Notes under the pieces: model-generated
Database searches by the model: none
The model's input: only the letters and a program-made list of their open reading frames with translations
Told to the model about the DNA's origin: nothing
In this document: in pieces, positions 60,239-64,000 of the stretch
Layout: each line of letters opens with the position of its first letter
Position numbering within the stretch: position 1 is the stretch's first letter
Program-made: the position numbers and the translations under genes
NCBI GenBank assembly: GCA_963664825.1
Contig: OY761614.1
Location: forward strand, 2,208,001 to 2,272,000
Source of the DNA: an uncultured Holophaga sp.
GTDB lineage: Bacteria; Acidobacteriota; Holophagae; Holophagales; Holophagaceae
Length of the DNA: 64,000 bases
Direction of reading: 5' to 3'

Positions 60239-62206
60239 CTATTCGAATTCGGGGCCCGGAATCCGTGTGGTTTCGACCTTCACGATCTCGCCATCGAGGA
60301 CCAGGGTGCTCGTGGAAGTGGGCTGGTTCATGGATAGGGTGCGCAGGGCGGCCATGGGGGCCTGGAGTTCTGCGGGAACGCTTTCGAAGAACATCACGCC
60401 GGCCCGGTACTGCTGGGGGCTTTCCAATTGCAGGTGCAGCTCCCGGAGCTGCTTGGCGTCCACGGCGTTGGGGGCGTCGGTCATCAGACACCGAGCCTGG
60501 GCGGTCTTGGGGAAGGCGATGACTTCGCGGATATTGTCCACTCCCGCCAGCAGCATCACCAGGCGATCCAGGCCCAGGGCCAGGCCCCCGTGGGGCGGGG
60601 CGCCATAGGCGAGGGCGTCCAGAAGGAAGCCGAACTTGTTGCGCGCCTCCTCCTCGCCGATGCCGATGGCCCGGAACATCCGGCTCTGGACCTCGGCGTC
60701 GTGGATGCGGATGGAGCCTCCGCCCACCTCGAAGCCGTTGAGCACCAGATCGTAGGCCACGGCGCGGCAGGCGCCGGGGTTCGTCTCCAGCATCTCCATG
60801 TCATCGGGATGGGGGCTGGTGAAGGGGTGGTGGCAGGCCACGAAGCGCTGGTTCTCCTCGCTCCACTCGAAGAGCGGGAAGTCCACCACCCAGAGGAACT
60901 CGAAGCGGGATTCGTCCAGTTGGCCGAAGGCCCGCGCCAGGCGCAGCCGCACTTCGCCCAGCACCTTGGAGGTCAGGGCGTCGGTGCCCACCGCGAAGAT
61001 GGCCAGGCCCTCCCCTTCAGCGCCCAGGGCCGTTTTCAGGGCGGCTTCCTGGGGCCCGTCTACGAACTTCTTGAAGCTGGAGGCAAATCCCTCCTTGCCC
61101 CATTTGGCGTAGGGCAGGCCGCCCCCGCCCAGATGCTTGGCCACATCCTGGAGGGCGTCCAGCTGCTTGCGGCTGTAGGCTCCTGCCTGTTCACCGGCGA
61201 AGAAGAGGGCGCGCACCCGGCGCTGGCCCTGGCTATCGGCGGCGGCGCGGAAGAGATTGAAATCGCTGGCAGCAAAGAGCGAAGTCACGTCCTGGATGCG
61301 GGTGGAGCAGCGGAGGTCGGGCTTGTCCGAACCGTACCACTCCATGGCATCCTTGTACGGGAGGCGCCGGAAGGGCAGTTGGGCTGTCTGCCCGGCCAGG
61401 GGAGCCACTTCCAGCATCAGGCCCTCGATCATGGTCTGGACATCCACGGCGCGGACGAAACTCATCTCGATATCGATCTGGGTGAACTCCGGCTGGCGGT
61501 CTGCCCGCAGATCCTCGTCCCGGAAGCAGCGGCAGATCTGGATGTAGCGCTCGAAGCCGGCCACCTGGAGGAGCTGCTTGTAGAGCTGGGGGCTCTGGGG
61601 CAGGGCGAAGAAATCCCCGGGGTGCACGCGGCTGGGCACAAGGTAATCCCGGGCCCCCTCCGGCGTGGAACGGCCCAGGATGGGGGTCTCCACGTCGATG
61701 AAGTCGTGCGCACGAAAGTAATTGCGGGTGATATTGGTGACTTCCGAGCGGAGCCGCAGATTGCGCTGGAGCTTCTCCCGCCGCAGATCCAGGAAGCGGA
61801 ATTTGAGGCGCAGATCCTCGTTGGCCTCGTTATCGCCATCTTCCACCGGGATGGGAGGGGTGGCCGCGACATTGAGAATCTTGAGGTCCGTGAGGCGCAC
61901 TTCCACGTCTCCCGTGGCCATATTGGGGTTCTTGGATTCCCGCTGGGCCACCATTCCCTCGGCTCCCAGCACGAACTCTCCCCGCACGGCCTTTAGCCGC
62001 GCCAGGAGCTCCTTGGAAGCCGTTTCCTCGTTGGCCACCAACTGCACCACGCCCCAGCGGTCCCTGAGATCGATGAAGATGAGGGAGCCCAGGTTGCGCA
62101 CCTTGCGGCACCACCCCAGGAGGCGCACCGTCTCTCCTATATGGGCGAGCCGGAGTTCTCCGTTCTTGTGCGTGCGTTGGAAGTCGTCGAGCCGATCGAG
62201 TTTCAT
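60239..62206 (-). CDS. aspS: Aspartate--tRNA ligase
   Basis: FIDLRDR, STPEGARDYLVPSR, LPQSPQ, FRDEDLRADRQPEFTQ, PPHGGLALGLDR. Confidence 0.97.
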   Translation of the reverse strand: MKLDRLDDFQRTHKNGELRLAHIGETVRLLGWCRKVRNLGSLIFIDLRDRWGVVQLVANEETASKELLARLKAVRGEFVLGAEGMVAQRESKNPNMATGDVEVRLTDLKILNVAATPPIPVEDGDNEANEDLRLKFRFLDLRREKLQRNLRLRSEVTNITRNYFRAHDFIDVETPILGRSTPEGARDYLVPSRVHPGDFFALPQSPQLYKQLLQVAGFERYIQICRCFRDEDLRADRQPEFTQIDIEMSFVRAVDVQTMIEGLMLEVAPLAGQTAQLPFRRLPYKDAMEWYGSDKPDLRCSTRIQDVTSLFAASDFNLFRAAADSQGQRRVRALFFAGEQAGAYSRKQLDALQDVAKHLGGGGLPYAKWGKEGFASSFKKFVDGPQEAALKTALGAEGEGLAIFAVGTDALTSKVLGEVRLRLARAFGQLDESRFEFLWVVDFPLFEWSEENQRFVACHHPFTSPHPDDMEMLETNPGACRAVAYDLVLNGFEVGGGSIRIHDAEVQSRMFRAIGIGEEEARNKFGFLLDALAYGAPPHGGLALGLDRLVMLLAGVDNIREVIAFPKTAQARCLMTDAPNAVDAKQLRELHLQLESPQQYRAGVMFFESVPAELQAPMAALRTLSMNQPTSTSTLVLDGEIVKVETTRIPGPEFE

Positions 62207-62403
62207 AGCCTTCTAGGATCGCACCTGGGGGGTGTGGGCTCAACCGCCAATGGCACCGAAGGCCTCTGGGCTTCTTGGAATTTCGAAGGCAATCCTATTT
62301 TTTCACGAAATGCGGTTAATATTAGGCGCTCCCATCCTGGAGCCAAATTAATATGAAAAGGGACCCGCGGCCTTAGTGTCGCGCCAGTCCCTGACGGGGT
62401 TCC

Positions 62404-64000
62404 ATGAGAAATTCCATTTGGTCATGGTTCACAAACCTCGCGCTGGCGTTGGTTTTATCTATTTCGTGTATGGCGGCGGGAGGAAAACAGGCCCGGGTTC
62501 CCGTGGGCCGAGTTCCCTTTCAGAGCTATGGGGCCTCCCAGGGACTCGAGAACCTAGCGGTCTGGTGCATGGAGCAGGACACCGATGGCTTCCTGTGGGT
62601 GGGTACCGAGGATGGGCTATTCCGCTATGACGGCCTGAGATTCCAGGCCTTCCGGCAGGAATCGGGATTGCAGAGCACCTGGGTTCGGGCCCTCTGCGCC
62701 GCGGCTTCCGGCCGCCTATGGATCGGCACCACCCGCGGCCTGGCGCTTCGAGAAAAGGGACGGATCCATTCCTTTGGGGAAGCCGAGGGCCTGCCTCAGG
62801 CGGAAGTCTTCGCGCTGGCCCTGGATGCGGAAAACCGGCTCTGGGTGGCCACGGATGGCGGCCTCTTCCGGGAACGGAAGAATCATGGGGGATTCGAGGC
62901 CGCTCCCGGTTGGCCCGGGAGGGCGCTGGCCCGCAGTCTCTGGATGGATGGCAAGGCGGTCTATGTCACCAGTCAGGCGAGACTCCTCCGCTACGACCAC
63001 GGGGACCCGAGGGCCCCCGTGGAGGTGTCAGGCCCCTGGCGAGAGCGGTTGGACGCCGTATTGAAGGATGGCCAGGGGCGTCTCTGGGTGCGGTCCCGCA
63101 GCGGCCTTTGGATGCGCTCAAAGGCGGAGGGGCCTTTCCTGGATCTCAGTCAACGCGTGGGACCTGCTGCCTATGATGGCGCCCTGAGGCTGACCGCCCG
63201 GGGCACGTTGCTGATCCCTTCGGTGGACGGGCTCATGCGGGTTCACGGAGAGACCTGGGAACTCGTCGGTGAGGCCCAGGGGATGCCCACTCCCTACGTC
63301 CATCGGGCCATGGAGGACCGGGAAGGCTGTCTCTGGGCGGGCGGGCAGGGGCTGCACCGCACACTCAGTCGCGAGGTCTGGCGGCAGTATACGAGCCAGA
63401 ACGGCATCAAGGGCGGCGTCGTGTGGTCCATCATCCAGGATGCGCGGGGACGCATCTGGGCGGGTACGATCAATGGCATCTGCGAAGCCAGGGACGGCGC
63501 GTGGAATTTGGTGCCGGGAACCCGTAATCAAGCCTTTCTGGCCCTGGCCCTGGCCCCGGATGGGGCCCTCTGGATGGGGGGGGCGCCCGCTCGCCTCAGG
63601 CGCTGGGTTCCTGGGACTTCCCAGTGGCTGGAATTACCCAAGCCTGATTCGACCATCACCAGCCTAGCCTTCGATGCCCAGGGGGTCTTGTGGGTGGCCA
63701 CCCGCCGCCAGGGGCTGTTCCGCGTGGTGAAGCGGGGCCCTTCCTATGATGTCGAACCCTTTTCGCTGCCCGGGGCCCAAGGGGGAGAGCGGGTGCTGAG
63801 CCTCTCGGCGGGCAGGAACGGTCGCCTGTGGCTGACCAGCACCAACGGGCTCCTGGTGCTGGAAGGTGGCCAATGGCATCGGTTTGGCACGGAGCAGGGC
63901 CTGAAGAAGGCCAGCCTGCTTGCCGTGCACGAGCGCTCCAACGGCGATATCTGGGTCAGCTACCAGGATGTGCAGGGGTTGAGCCGCTTTCGCTACGAGG
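62404..64000 (+). CDS. Two-component regulator beta-propeller sensor protein (partial; absent from ORF track because it has no stop in the window)
   Basis: MRNSIWSW.. signal peptide; repeats QDTDGFLWVGTEDGLFRYDG, QDARGRIWAGT. Confidence 0.88.
   Translation, partial: MRNSIWSWFTNLALALVLSISCMAAGGKQARVPVGRVPFQSYGASQGLENLAVWCMEQDTDGFLWVGTEDGLFRYDGLRFQAFRQESGLQSTWVRALCAAASGRLWIGTTRGLALREKGRIHSFGEAEGLPQAEVFALALDAENRLWVATDGGLFRERKNHGGFEAAPGWPGRALARSLWMDGKAVYVTSQARLLRYDHGDPRAPVEVSGPWRERLDAVLKDGQGRLWVRSRSGLWMRSKAEGPFLDLSQRVGPAAYDGALRLTARGTLLIPSVDGLMRVHGETWELVGEAQGMPTPYVHRAMEDREGCLWAGGQGLHRTLSREVWRQYTSQNGIKGGVVWSIIQDARGRIWAGTINGICEARDGAWNLVPGTRNQAFLALALAPDGALWMGGAPARLRRWVPGTSQWLELPKPDSTITSLAFDAQGVLWVATRRQGLFRVVKRGPSYDVEPFSLPGAQGGERVLSLSAGRNGRLWLTSTNGLLVLEGGQWHRFGTEQGLKKASLLAVHERSNGDIWVSYQDVQGLSRFRYE

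Noticed and set aside
62376..63941. Small ORFs or a frameshifted pseudogene at the window end
   Set aside because: They overlap the propeller-sensor frame starting at 62404, which appears to run off the window.

Overview
GC-rich bacterial chromosome segment. Gene content resembles Holophagaceae (Geothrix-like Acidobacteriota); this is inferred, not verified. Core genes: hcp, purM, folE, a his operon (hisG-C-B-H-F-A/IE-D), S9 peptidase, Fe/Mn SOD-like, zinc metalloprotease, hrcA-grpE-dnaK-dnaJ, mtnA, ECF sigma/anti-sigma, two histidine kinases, two BlaI/M56 pairs, cidA/lrgB and aspS. There are two accessory regions. The first (~23.5-30.4 kb) is an island where three AT-rich gene cassettes separated by attC-like sites lie divergent from an intact phage-type (non-IntI) tyrosine recombinase. 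The second (~42.8-50.3 kb) is an export operon broken by ISL3, IS4 and IS66 elements. The strongest unusual signals are the attC array beside a non-IntI recombinase, two His-leader attenuators in tandem before hisG, and a tandem palindromic element inserted in frame in hisH. Family assignments come from motif recognition only; no searches were run.
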